Assembly: GCA_041739995.1 (NCBI GenBank)
Contig: JBGSMV010000013.1
Location: 1 to 30,647 of the forward strand
Reading direction: 5' to 3'
DNA length: 30,647 nucleotides
Source of the DNA: Bdellovibrionota bacterium
GTDB taxonomy: Bacteria; Bdellovibrionota_C; UBA2361; JBGSMV01
Made by a program: the position numbers and the translations under genes. The notes under the pieces are model-generated. The model searched no databases, was not told the DNA's origin, and saw nothing but the letters and a program-made list of their open reading frames with translations. This document shows, in pieces, positions 9,442 through 17,964 of the stretch. How positions within the stretch are numbered: position 1 is the first letter of the stretch; each line of letters starts with the position of its first letter.

Positions 9442-11646
9442 GTGAATAAGATGCTTGAATATTTTAGGCATCGTCTTGGCAGCGTGCAATTGTTGGGTGC
9501 GCTGCTGCTGTCGGTGGGTAATCTCGTCACCCCTCTCGTTGAGCCTTTTGCTGAGGCCCAAAACTCTGAGCCCACATATGTCGGCTCGGCTGACTGTGCT
9601 GACTGTCACTCCCAAGAAAGTAAGGAATGGGCTGGATCTCACCACCAGCGCGCCATGGAGCACGCATCGTCTAAGACGGTCCTGGGCGATTTCAATAACG
9701 CTACCTTCACGTATGCGGGGATTACTTCAAGGTTTTATCGAAAGGGCGATCTGTTTTTTGTTCGAACCGATGGTCCGGATGGTAAGCTACGAGATTATCA
9801 GATTGAGTTCACGTTCGGCGTGGATCCGCTTCAGCAGTATCTGATCAAATTTCCTGGAGGGAGGTTTCAAGCGTTAAGTATTGCCTGGGACGCTCGCCCC
9901 AAAGCCGACGGCGGTCAGCGCTGGTTCCATCTCTATCCAAAAGAGAAAGTTGATCACAAAGACGTTTTGCACTGGACGAAGCTCGGACAGAATTGGAACT
10001 ACATGTGTGCAGAATGCCATTCCACAAATGTCAAAAAGAATTACGACCCTGCCAAACTCAAATTCGACACTACTTGGTCTGAAGTCAGTGTGGGGTGTGA
10101 GGCCTGCCACGGTCCTGCGTCTTCGCATATGGAGTGGGCCAAACGTCCTGAGGGTGCGGCGGCGCAACCTCACGCGGGATTTCAGCACAGCTTGAAGTTA
10201 TCAAAGTTTGTCGCTAACCATGATGCAAGCTCCGGAAAGACGCTTCCGTCATCTCATTCGGCGAATGCCGAAGAGGTTGACACCTGTGCCCGTTGCCATT
10301 CGCGTCGTTCGCTGTTGAGCGAAGACTACGCTCACGGAGGTCCACTGCTCGACACGCATTTGCCAGCACTATTGTCTGAGGGCCTCTACTATCCAGACGG
10401 TCAGATCAATGATGAAGTCTATGAGTACGGGTCGTTCTTGCAGAGCAAGATGTATCAAAGCGGAGTCACCTGTTCGAATTGCCACAATCCGCACTCAGGC
10501 ACACTGCGTGCCCCAGGGAACGCGACTTGTGCTCAGTGCCATCAAGCAACCAAATACGATCAGCCGTCTCATCACTTTCATAAGACAGGCACTAGTGGCG
10601 CTGCCTGTACGGGCTGTCACATGCCGAGCAAGAATTACATGTTAGTCGATACGCGCCATGATCATAGTTTTAGGATTCCGCAGCCGGCACTCTCCAAAGC
10701 GCTGGGTACCCCGGACGCTTGTTTGAGCTGTCACACAGATAAGACGAGTGAGTGGTCACATGATCAATTGCTCAAGAGGCACGGACCGCGTCCCGTAGTT
10801 TCAGGGCACTTTGGTCTCATCTTCGATGCGGCGAGAAAGGGTAAAGCAGAAGTAGTGCCTCAGCTCATGTCGTTAGTCGACGATAGAAACAAGCCAGAGA
10901 TAGTGCGCGCAACCGCCCTGGCCGAGCTTCAGCCCTTTCTTAATCCTCAATCAATTGAAGCGGTGAAGCGTGGCTTGTCTGACAAGAGCGACCTAGTACG
11001 AAGCGCTGCTGTGCGAACGCTAGAGAATGCACCTCCGCAGATTAGAGTTCCTTTGGCGACTCCGTTACTTAGTGACCCAGTGCTCGCGGTGAGAATCGAA
11101 GCGGCCTTGGTGTTGGCTCCCGTGAGTGACGATCTTTTGTCACCAGAGACGAATGCGGCGTTGCGGGAAGCTGGCAACGAGTACCTCAACGCTCAGCGTG
11201 TGAATGCCGAAACTCCGCAGGCTCAAGTAAATTTAGGACTTTTCTTTCTAGCTCAGGGAAAAAACAAGGAGGCAGAAGAAGCTTATCGCACAGCTATCCG
11301 GCTCGAGCGACAGTTTGTGCCAGGGTACATAAATTTAGCGGACTTGTTGCGTTCTCTGAATAGAGACGAGGAGGGGCAGCAGGTGCTCATCGAGGCTCTG
11401 AAGCATCAGCCTAAAAACGCAGAACTGCATTTTGCACTTGGACTGCTCTACGTTCGCCAGGGTAGTAAGGCGAAAGCGCTTGATGAACTTCGAGTGGCGG
11501 TGGAACTTGGGCCTGAGCAAGCACGGATTGCGTATGTGTTTGTGGTTGCGCTGCAAGATGCTGGCAAGACTGCGGAAGCGAAGAAGGTACTCGATGAAGC
11601 GCTTGCGAAACATCCTGATAGTGTTGAGCTTCAAAATCTGCGCTAG
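9442..11646 (+). CDS. octaheme c-type cytochrome fused to HEAT-like and TPR repeats
   Basis: Eight CxxCH motifs: CADCH, CAECH, CEACH, CARCH, CSNCH, CAQCH, CTGCH, CLSCH. Then HEAT-like repeats (EIVRATALAEL, DLVRSAAVRTL, LAVRIEAALVL) and TPRs (AQVNLGLFFLAQGKNKEAEEAYRTAI...). N-terminal signal peptide. Starts 5 nt after the HAD stop. Confidence 0.92.
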   Translation: MNKMLEYFRHRLGSVQLLGALLLSVGNLVTPLVEPFAEAQNSEPTYVGSADCADCHSQESKEWAGSHHQRAMEHASSKTVLGDFNNATFTYAGITSRFYRKGDLFFVRTDGPDGKLRDYQIEFTFGVDPLQQYLIKFPGGRFQALSIAWDARPKADGGQRWFHLYPKEKVDHKDVLHWTKLGQNWNYMCAECHSTNVKKNYDPAKLKFDTTWSEVSVGCEACHGPASSHMEWAKRPEGAAAQPHAGFQHSLKLSKFVANHDASSGKTLPSSHSANAEEVDTCARCHSRRSLLSEDYAHGGPLLDTHLPALLSEGLYYPDGQINDEVYEYGSFLQSKMYQSGVTCSNCHNPHSGTLRAPGNATCAQCHQATKYDQPSHHFHKTGTSGAACTGCHMPSKNYMLVDTRHDHSFRIPQPALSKALGTPDACLSCHTDKTSEWSHDQLLKRHGPRPVVSGHFGLIFDAARKGKAEVVPQLMSLVDDRNKPEIVRATALAELQPFLNPQSIEAVKRGLSDKSDLVRSAAVRTLENAPPQIRVPLATPLLSDPVLAVRIEAALVLAPVSDDLLSPETNAALREAGNEYLNAQRVNAETPQAQVNLGLFFLAQGKNKEAEEAYRTAIRLERQFVPGYINLADLLRSLNRDEEGQQVLIEALKHQPKNAELHFALGLLYVRQGSKAKALDELRVAVELGPEQARIAYVFVVALQDAGKTAEAKKVLDEALAKHPDSVELQNLR

Positions 11647-11649
11647 GTA

Positions 11650-11684
11650 GGAAACTTCTTACGCGCTTTTTTTGTGAAGTTTCC
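11650..11684 (+). terminator. stem-loop immediately after the octaheme gene, possible terminator
   Basis: GGAAACTTC (11650-11658) and GAAGTTTCC (11676-11684) form an inverted repeat. The T-run is inside the loop rather than after the stem, which is atypical. Confidence 0.3.
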
Positions 11685-11926
11685 ATTGCAGAAATCATAC
11701 CAGAATACTCGCAAGCATAGAGCCGTGCGACTCCGAAGAGATTCGTGTGCGGAGTGCTGGAGTATCAACTCTTCAGATGGTGGGATATGAGGTGTTCGAG
11801 CGGAGAGCTCGCCGTGTGCGACGTTTTTGTTTGTCTGCATGAAGGATTTTGCATGAAGCCATACTGCCAATCCCGCTGAATTTTCATTTTCAGTCTTTTT
11901 CGATCTGCAAAGGAGTAGCGTCTAAG

Positions 11927-12370
11927 ATGTTAGAGAATCCAGAAAAATTGAGCGAGAGAATCAACCTCGGTCTTGAGCCTACCGAGGAGCAGCTAGGTAA
12001 ATTAGCAAAAGATGGATTCAATTCCATAATCAATCTGAGCACCAAAGGGGAGCCAGGGCAGGAGTTTGCCCCTGAAGATGCCGCTAGAAAGGCCGAAGCT
12101 CTCGGCCTAAAATATTTTCACTTCCCGGTGACGCTAAGCCGACTTAAGCTCGAACAAGCGACAGAGTTTATTGCTGCGCTGAACGACCTTCCAGAACCAG
12201 TATATATCCACTGCCGGATTGGCCAGCGAGCGGTGCCTTTCGCGCTTTTGGCATACGCCACCACGCATAGGGTAAGTTCGCATGTCGCGTGTAAGCACTG
12301 CGCGGCGCTTGGGACTACTATCGATGCTCCGCTAGTTAGCGAGTTCGTGAAGAAGTGCTTGGAACCTTGA
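11927..12370 (+). CDS. DUF442/TIGR01244-like sulfurtransferase or phosphatase-fold protein
   Basis: GFNSIINL...GE...EALGLKYFHFPV...LPEPVYIHCRIGQRA (HCxxGxR loop). ATG at 11927 follows AGGAG. Confidence 0.8.
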   Translation: MLENPEKLSERINLGLEPTEEQLGKLAKDGFNSIINLSTKGEPGQEFAPEDAARKAEALGLKYFHFPVTLSRLKLEQATEFIAALNDLPEPVYIHCRIGQRAVPFALLAYATTHRVSSHVACKHCAALGTTIDAPLVSEFVKKCLEP

Positions 12371-12397
12371 TGGAAGTTGACGCTTCGAGTCGATGAT

Positions 12398-13048
12398 CTA
12401 AGCAGTCTTTTTTCTGTGCGACACTTCGTGCAACGGTCCTTTCTTAGACAGATGTGTCGCGCTAGCCCCAGCCGCGCCGGCTTCCATGTCTGAGTCGGTA
12501 ACACGACTTAGGGAAGCGCGTAGATCCCGTGTGATTTGTTCGCGCTGATCTAGTGAGTTGGCCCAATCAACATAAATCACCCCAGGCGGAGGAAGGGGCG
12601 AGGTGAGCGCAAAGATAGACGCTTTGAGTTGTCCTTGGATACCCAGCGCTTCTTGTTGACCGTGAAACGCACCTCCGGCGACTTTCCTTCGCATTGCGTC
12701 GAATTCGCTATCTTTCCCAGGTTCAGTAAGCGTTCGCACTGTCTCTGTGATGCGCAGTGAGTGCTGTGCTTTGTCGAGGCTGTGCTTCGTTTCTTGGTTG
12801 GATGAGGTTTTCTGTTCAGGTGATTTGGTCTCTGAGGTCAGATGCAGCTCGTCTTTTCGTCCGCCTGTTCTCTGAGCAAGCCGCCTTGCTTCGTCAAGAA
12901 AGGAATCGAGGTCTTTTCCGCGGCGCTCGGCGTGTTTGCCGAGCTCTTTAGCTCGGTCACCTCCGGCGCTCATTTTATCAAGGGTAGTTTTTTCTGCCTC
13001 TGGACGGGGATCGTTTCGATCTCTTTGCGACGTGGTAATCTCAGCCAT
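12398..13048 (-). CDS. hypothetical protein (charged, no recognised domain)
   Basis: 216-codon ORF with a strong GAGGAG RBS before ATG 13048. Confidence 0.7.
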   Translation of the reverse strand: MAEITTSQRDRNDPRPEAEKTTLDKMSAGGDRAKELGKHAERRGKDLDSFLDEARRLAQRTGGRKDELHLTSETKSPEQKTSSNQETKHSLDKAQHSLRITETVRTLTEPGKDSEFDAMRRKVAGGAFHGQQEALGIQGQLKASIFALTSPLPPPGVIYVDWANSLDQREQITRDLRASLSRVTDSDMEAGAAGASATHLSKKGPLHEVSHRKKTA

Positions 13049-13488
13049 ACAACTCCTCAAAGTAACAACCTACTGCGACCGCCACGGTCTATCTCTGTTA
13101 TGGTGGCCTCCTCGAATCGAGGCTCATGGCGCTTATTGAGCATTATGAGCCAGATAGGGCGGGCAGTTTTTCCCCGCGACTAGTTATTTATTGTGTTGTG
13201 ATTGCCCCAATCTAGGGAGCTGCTTAGCGTCGTCATAGTTAAGGGCCTCAATTAAATGTTCCTTTCGGAGAGTATGGGAAGTAGTCGGGCAGGACTATGG
13301 TGAGGCAGTAATCTTACCGCTCAGTAGCTCGGGCTTTCAACAACAGGGAGTGACTGATTCCCTGCCTGTGGCTTAAACTCGAGATATCCTTGCCCGCTAT
13401 CTGAATCACCGCGGGTAATGCTAGAGATGAGTTATGACCTAGCTGCAAGGACTCGCGTTGGTCTTAGTGCTTTTAACGGGAGAGCCTA

Positions 13489-14685
13489 GTGAAAGCTGCC
13501 ATTCTTCTCGCCGCCCTTGGATACTTCGTTGATGTATTCGACTTACTACTATTCAGCATCGTTCGAATCGAAAGTCTACGATCTCTTGGCGTGGCGGAGG
13601 AGCACCTTTTGGGTGACGGACTTTTTCTTCTGAATATGCAGATGGCCGGTATGCTGATCGGCGGAGTTTTCTGGGGAGTGCTCGGAGATAAATACGGTCG
13701 CCTAAAAGTATTGTTCGGCTCCATCGTCACCTATTCTTTGGCCACCACTCTGAACGGATTCGTCGAATCAGTGCCGCAGTACGCATTCTTGCGATTCATT
13801 GGCGGAATCGGATTGGCGGGAGAGCTTGGCGCGGGAATTACTTTGGTCAGTGAATTGATGCACAAGGACCGTCGTGGTCTCGGAACCACGATTGTTGCAT
13901 CACTTGGAGTTTCCGGGGCTATAGCCGCAGCTTTTCTTGCAGAGATTTTCGACTGGAGAACCTGTTACTTCATTGGCGGAGGACTTGGGCTCTTGCTACT
14001 AGTCCTTCGCGTGGCGGTGTTTGAGTCGGGAATGTTTCAACAGATGCAAACTGCCGACGTGCGACGCGGCGAGTTCACCATGCTGTTCACCTCGTGGAGT
14101 CGATTCTCTCGCTACATAAAATGTTTGTTAGCGGGATTGCCGATCTGGTTCATAGTTGGAATTCTCATTACGTTTTCACCAGAGTTTAGCAGCGCTTTCG
14201 GGATGAGCGAGACGCCTACCGCTGGTCGGGCAGTAATCTTCGCCTACCTAGGCTTTGTTCTGGGAGATGTCGCCAGTGGGTTACTCAGTCAAATCCTTCG
14301 CAGTCGCCGCATTGCGTTGCAAATTTTTTTAAGTCTCACCGCGCTAATGATGGTGCTCTACCTTAGTAGTTCAGAGATATCTCTTACTAGAATGTACTGG
14401 CTTTGTGGCGGATTGGGATTTGCGGGAGGATTTTGGGCGGTGTTCATCACCGCAGCCGCCGAGCAATTTGGCACTAACCTAAGAGCGACGGTGACCACAA
14501 CCGCGCCAAACTTTGTGCGAGGGTCGCTGGTGTTGTTAAGCCTTTTGTTCGACGCCCTAAAGCCCGGAGTCGGTATCGTGGGGGCTGGGTATATCGTGGG
14601 TCTTGGAAGTGTGGCGATTGCGATGATCGCGGTCCAGCGGCTTGGAGAGTCATTTGGGCGAGATCTCGACTTCATCGAGGAGTGA
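13489..14685 (+). CDS. MFS transporter
   Basis: About 12 TM segments, GYFVDVFDL, motif A GVLGDKYGRLKV, RFIGGIGLAGE and AEQFGTNLRAT. Confidence 0.95.
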   Translation: MKAAILLAALGYFVDVFDLLLFSIVRIESLRSLGVAEEHLLGDGLFLLNMQMAGMLIGGVFWGVLGDKYGRLKVLFGSIVTYSLATTLNGFVESVPQYAFLRFIGGIGLAGELGAGITLVSELMHKDRRGLGTTIVASLGVSGAIAAAFLAEIFDWRTCYFIGGGLGLLLLVLRVAVFESGMFQQMQTADVRRGEFTMLFTSWSRFSRYIKCLLAGLPIWFIVGILITFSPEFSSAFGMSETPTAGRAVIFAYLGFVLGDVASGLLSQILRSRRIALQIFLSLTALMMVLYLSSSEISLTRMYWLCGGLGFAGGFWAVFITAAAEQFGTNLRATVTTTAPNFVRGSLVLLSLLFDALKPGVGIVGAGYIVGLGSVAIAMIAVQRLGESFGRDLDFIEE

Positions 14686-14828
14686 TTTTCGGCAAATCAA
14701 GTTTCTTGTACGGCGAGCTCCATACTGCGTTTCGGCAGCCGCTGGCGGGGGAAGTTGCGCTTCCTATCGATTCTCTACTAATTTAGTCGATAACTAAGAT
14801 TTCAAATTGAACATTTTTAGGAAGAAGA

Positions 14829-15410
14829 ATGAAGGTAAAGATTATTGCATTCGCGGGCAGCACCAGAACTGGCTCATTCAATAAGATGCTTATTAAGGCT
14901 GCGGCGAAGGGTGCCGAAGCTGCCGGGGCAGACGTCGTGGTACTGGACCTCCGAGAGTATCCACTCCCGCTTTACGACGGAGATCTGGAAAAGGATAAGG
15001 GCCTCCCAGAAAACGCCCTAAGACTAAAGGAAATATTTCTCGGGGCTCAAGGCCTGCTCGTCGCCTCTCCTGAGTACAACGGATCGATCTCGGGTGTATT
15101 GAAGAATACCATCGATTGGATCTCGCGACCTGGACCAGGCAAGGAGTCTCTTGCTGAGTTCAACGGTAAGGTGGTGGGGCTGCTTAGTGCCTCACCTGGC
15201 GCTCTCGGTGGAATCAGAGGCCTCGCTCAGTTGAGAACCATTTTTTCTGGAATTAAAACGATTGTAATTCCCGAGCAGCTTGCAGTGGGAAGTGCTCACA
15301 ATGCTTTTGCTGAAGATGGAACGATGAAAGACGACAAACAGCGCGAGGCAGCAGAAGCAATTGGCGGACGGGTGGCTGAGCTTTCGATCAGATTGTCAGA
15401 GGCGAATTAG
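14829..15410 (+). CDS. NAD(P)H-dependent FMN reductase (SsuE/ChrR family)
   Basis: AGSTRTGSFN, LPLYDGD, SPEYNGSISGVLKNTIDWISR, SASPGALGG. Confidence 0.95.
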   Translation: MKVKIIAFAGSTRTGSFNKMLIKAAAKGAEAAGADVVVLDLREYPLPLYDGDLEKDKGLPENALRLKEIFLGAQGLLVASPEYNGSISGVLKNTIDWISRPGPGKESLAEFNGKVVGLLSASPGALGGIRGLAQLRTIFSGIKTIVIPEQLAVGSAHNAFAEDGTMKDDKQREAAEAIGGRVAELSIRLSEAN

Positions 15411-15473
15411 TGTTTCCGTTTTGAATGAGAAAAGTTCATGAGCGGATTCAGAAGTGGGGATTCGCCGAGGCGC

Positions 15474-15959
15474 TTAGCACTTTGTTGAGCTTCGTAGCGC
15501 CGTGGTAATTAGCGCGGCCTTTATTTCGGGTCCCAGCGTTGATTTTATAAAATCTGGTTCATCAATCGGAGCAACGGAGCTTCTCATTCGACTTCTCTGC
15601 CTGAGTCGGCTGTAGGAGGGGTGAGAAGAGAGCTCGAGAATTCTTTCTTGGGCCTTCGGCGTGAAGTGGTCGATGAGCGCTCCACGGCGGTGAAGGTGGG
15701 CAAGATAGTGCGCAGGCGCCTCGTTCAGCCAGTGTGCCTGTGTGATCCCGAACGGTTCCCGCATTTCAAAAACCAAGCGGTGTATTCGCTGCAGGGTTAC
15801 TTTAAGGTTAGTCCTTGATTCACTATAAATTGATTCAACGTGTCGGGCGGCACCAACCATGTCTACGGCCCCGAACTCGGCAACTTCAATCCGGGGGAAA
15901 AGTGGAAGCATCAAGGCCTTATCAGAGTTAGGGGTTGAGTTGTGTTCTGGCTGCAACAT
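15474..15959 (-). CDS. hypothetical protein
   Basis: 161-aa ORF filling the gap on the same strand as the nirK/cytochrome c genes. No motif recognised. Confidence 0.5.
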   Translation of the reverse strand: MLQPEHNSTPNSDKALMLPLFPRIEVAEFGAVDMVGAARHVESIYSESRTNLKVTLQRIHRLVFEMREPFGITQAHWLNEAPAHYLAHLHRRGALIDHFTPKAQERILELSSHPSYSRLRQRSRMRSSVAPIDEPDFIKSTLGPEIKAALITTALRSSTKC

Positions 15960-16150
15960 GAGTCGAGAAGTTTTAAAAGTGATTTCGATGACACGGAGAG
16001 TATGCCTTTTGAGAAAGATTTCAACCTAGTGAGCGTGAACTGAACGGGGACTTCAGGATTGGCCTACAATGTACTGTCTGGTGAGCTTGAGAGATCGGAC
16101 TCCTGAAGTTTGAAAAGGGAAGTTTAAAAGGCGTACCGCTCAGGCAGGAA

Positions 16151-16206
16151 GGCCTCGATGCGCTTGGCTATGTCGTTATCGGATATGCCGTTGCAACATC
16201 GAGGCC
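16151..16206 (-). terminator. long stem-loop downstream of the cytochrome c gene
   Basis: GGCCTCGATG (16151-16160) and CATCGAGGCC (16197-16206) are a perfect 10-bp inverted repeat, 10 nt past the cytochrome c stop. Confidence 0.45.
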
Positions 16207-16216
16207 GGGAATCTTC

Positions 16217-16564
16217 TTACTTACGAAGCTCCAAAACGTAGGCGGTGAGTGCGGTCAGCTGCTCGTCTGACAATCCGCTCTGTGGCGGCATCAAGGGCGA
16301 TAATGCTAGTCCTGCGCCACCTTTAGTGAAAAGCTCTTTAAGCTTGGCCTCGTCAGCACCAAGTTTGAACGGGCCCTTCTTCAGGTTCGTAATGGTGCCT
16401 GGGGGCATTGCTTTGCCGACTGGACCGTCCGCTTCTCCGCCCATGCCGTGGCAAGAGGCGCAGCGAACATCGTAGAGGGACTTGCCCGCCGCGTTGTCTG
16501 CGGCGAATGCAGGTACAGTAACCAGGGTACTTACTCCTAACACCACTACTAGCTTCTGAATCAT
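16217..16564 (-). CDS. periplasmic class I monoheme cytochrome c
   Basis: Signal peptide (AFA-A), CASCHG, distal Met in SPLMPP, LSDEQLTALTAYV helix and AGGA RBS. Confidence 0.93.
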   Translation of the reverse strand: MIQKLVVVLGVSTLVTVPAFAADNAAGKSLYDVRCASCHGMGGEADGPVGKAMPPGTITNLKKGPFKLGADEAKLKELFTKGGAGLALSPLMPPQSGLSDEQLTALTAYVLELRK

Positions 16565-16597
16565 AATAACGTCCTAGCTAAAAACGACACTTGGTCT

Positions 16598-16650
16598 GGT
16601 TCAACCTTGGTTGACGAATCATAGCTGACGAATTGTGCCAAGGTTGAACC
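16598..16650. repeat. 13-bp perfect inverted repeat between nirK and cytochrome c
   Basis: GGTTCAACCTTGG (16598-16610) and CCAAGGTTGAACC (16638-16650). The loop contains TGACGAAT twice. Confidence 0.8.
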
Positions 16651-16656
16651 GAGCCA

Positions 16657-17889
16657 TTACTTTCGATTAACCACTCTTATTATGCCCCTCATGTAAGGAT
16701 GAGGCGTGCACATGTACTGGTACTCGCCAACCTTGTTGAACGTATGGCTGAAACGCTCCGCATGTCCCAGCATCGGCGACGCAAACTGCTCAGGTCCAAC
16801 GAATCCCATCACATTGTGAATACCGGCAAACTCGCCCTCAAAGAAGGTAAACACATCTTCGTTGGTCCACTCAACGGTTGACCCCACTGGGATCTCGATA
16901 ACCTTTGGATAGTATGAGTTTCCGATAATCGTCACCTGGGCTTTAGTCTCTCCCGCCGGCATCTTCCAAGGATTTCGCAACTCGTCCGAGCCTGGCTCAA
17001 AAGGCGAGATTGTGCGCGCGGCCTTCTCCTTGTAACCCTTCATCTCCTCCGCCGTATACTTCGGCCCGTCAGCGAGGATTGTAGATGGTCCTTTTGCCCC
17101 CTTCTCCGCAAGCAAAATACCGATTGCACCGCGACTTGCCGCACCTACCGCATGTGTGAGCATTAAATAGGCACCTTCTTCTTCTGGAGGCATTCGGAAA
17201 TCTACAATCCAGGAGTCCGAGGGGCCTGCCAATACCGACTGTCCTCCGACAAAGGTATTCTCAGGGTTAGGCAAGCCTTGCCAGTATGCGTAATCCCAAA
17301 GAATTCCCACTATGTGAAAAGTGGAGATCTGGTTTGGGCCGACGTTGAGGAAGTAAATACGGACGAAGTCGCCGGGTTTTGCCTTAACTGGGCTCTCGGC
17401 ATAGCGGAAGAGCTTGCCATTGAACATAGTGTACATGGCTCGTCCTTCGACTGCGTCCTTTCCACTCCCAAAAAGCTCATGCTGAAGCAGGTAGATTTCA
17501 AGGTCTGGCTTTTTCCCAAGAACCTCTTCCATCTTGTACTTCATGGTCTTAGGACGAACGACGATCATGCCGTATTGCCCATTGAGTACGTGAACGGGAA
17601 TGGCATGCCCACCAGGAGCGCAGTGATACATGTACACGCCAGGATACGATGCTCTGAATAGATGCGTCCTCGACTCCCCGGGAGGAATCTTCCCAAAGTA
17701 CTTTGAGGTCTGAGTGTATGCGGCATGAATGGACGCGCCGTGAGGCACCGTTCCATTGTTGTTAACGGTAAACTCTATGACGTCGCCCTCGTCCATGAGG
17801 AGGGTTGGTCCAGGAATGGAACCGTCAATCATGAAGCCCTTGTAAACGACTCCATTGCCAAGGAAGGTTTCACCTTCGCTCATGGACAC
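16657..17889 (-). CDS. nirK: copper-containing nitrite reductase, three-domain type with C-terminal cupredoxin (catalytic part; the gene probably starts at 18273 and is broken by an in-frame TAA)
   Basis: IPGPTL...EGD; PHGASIH (T1 His and T2 His); YHCAPGGHAIPVHVLNGQYG (T2 His, T1 Cys/His/Gln); LNVGPN..STFHIVG (catalytic His); MLTHA (T2 His); C-terminal HNV...YMCTPHPYM plastocyanin-like site. Confidence 0.8.
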   Translation of the reverse strand: MSMSEGETFLGNGVVYKGFMIDGSIPGPTLLMDEGDVIEFTVNNNGTVPHGASIHAAYTQTSKYFGKIPPGESRTHLFRASYPGVYMYHCAPGGHAIPVHVLNGQYGMIVVRPKTMKYKMEEVLGKKPDLEIYLLQHELFGSGKDAVEGRAMYTMFNGKLFRYAESPVKAKPGDFVRIYFLNVGPNQISTFHIVGILWDYAYWQGLPNPENTFVGGQSVLAGPSDSWIVDFRMPPEEEGAYLMLTHAVGAASRGAIGILLAEKGAKGPSTILADGPKYTAEEMKGYKEKAARTISPFEPGSDELRNPWKMPAGETKAQVTIIGNSYYPKVIEIPVGSTVEWTNEDVFTFFEGEFAGIHNVMGFVGPEQFASPMLGHAERFSHTFNKVGEYQYMCTPHPYMRGIIRVVNRK

Positions 17890-17964
17890 CGTGAACTTCT
17901 TATCGGGCTTGGTGCCAGGCTCAACGTAGCTGGTCAGTGGGAGACCGTCTTTGCCAAGCCGTGA

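Noticed and set aside
13428..13490. 20-codon upstream ORF overlapping the MFS start (leader peptide or frameshifted N-terminus)
   Set aside because: No regulatory codon run, and GTG 13489 has its own GGGAG RBS. Not supportable without homologue alignment.
16657..17889. Laccase/CueO-type multicopper oxidase
   Set aside because: It lacks the four HxH motifs of a trinuclear cluster. The ligand pattern is that of NirK.
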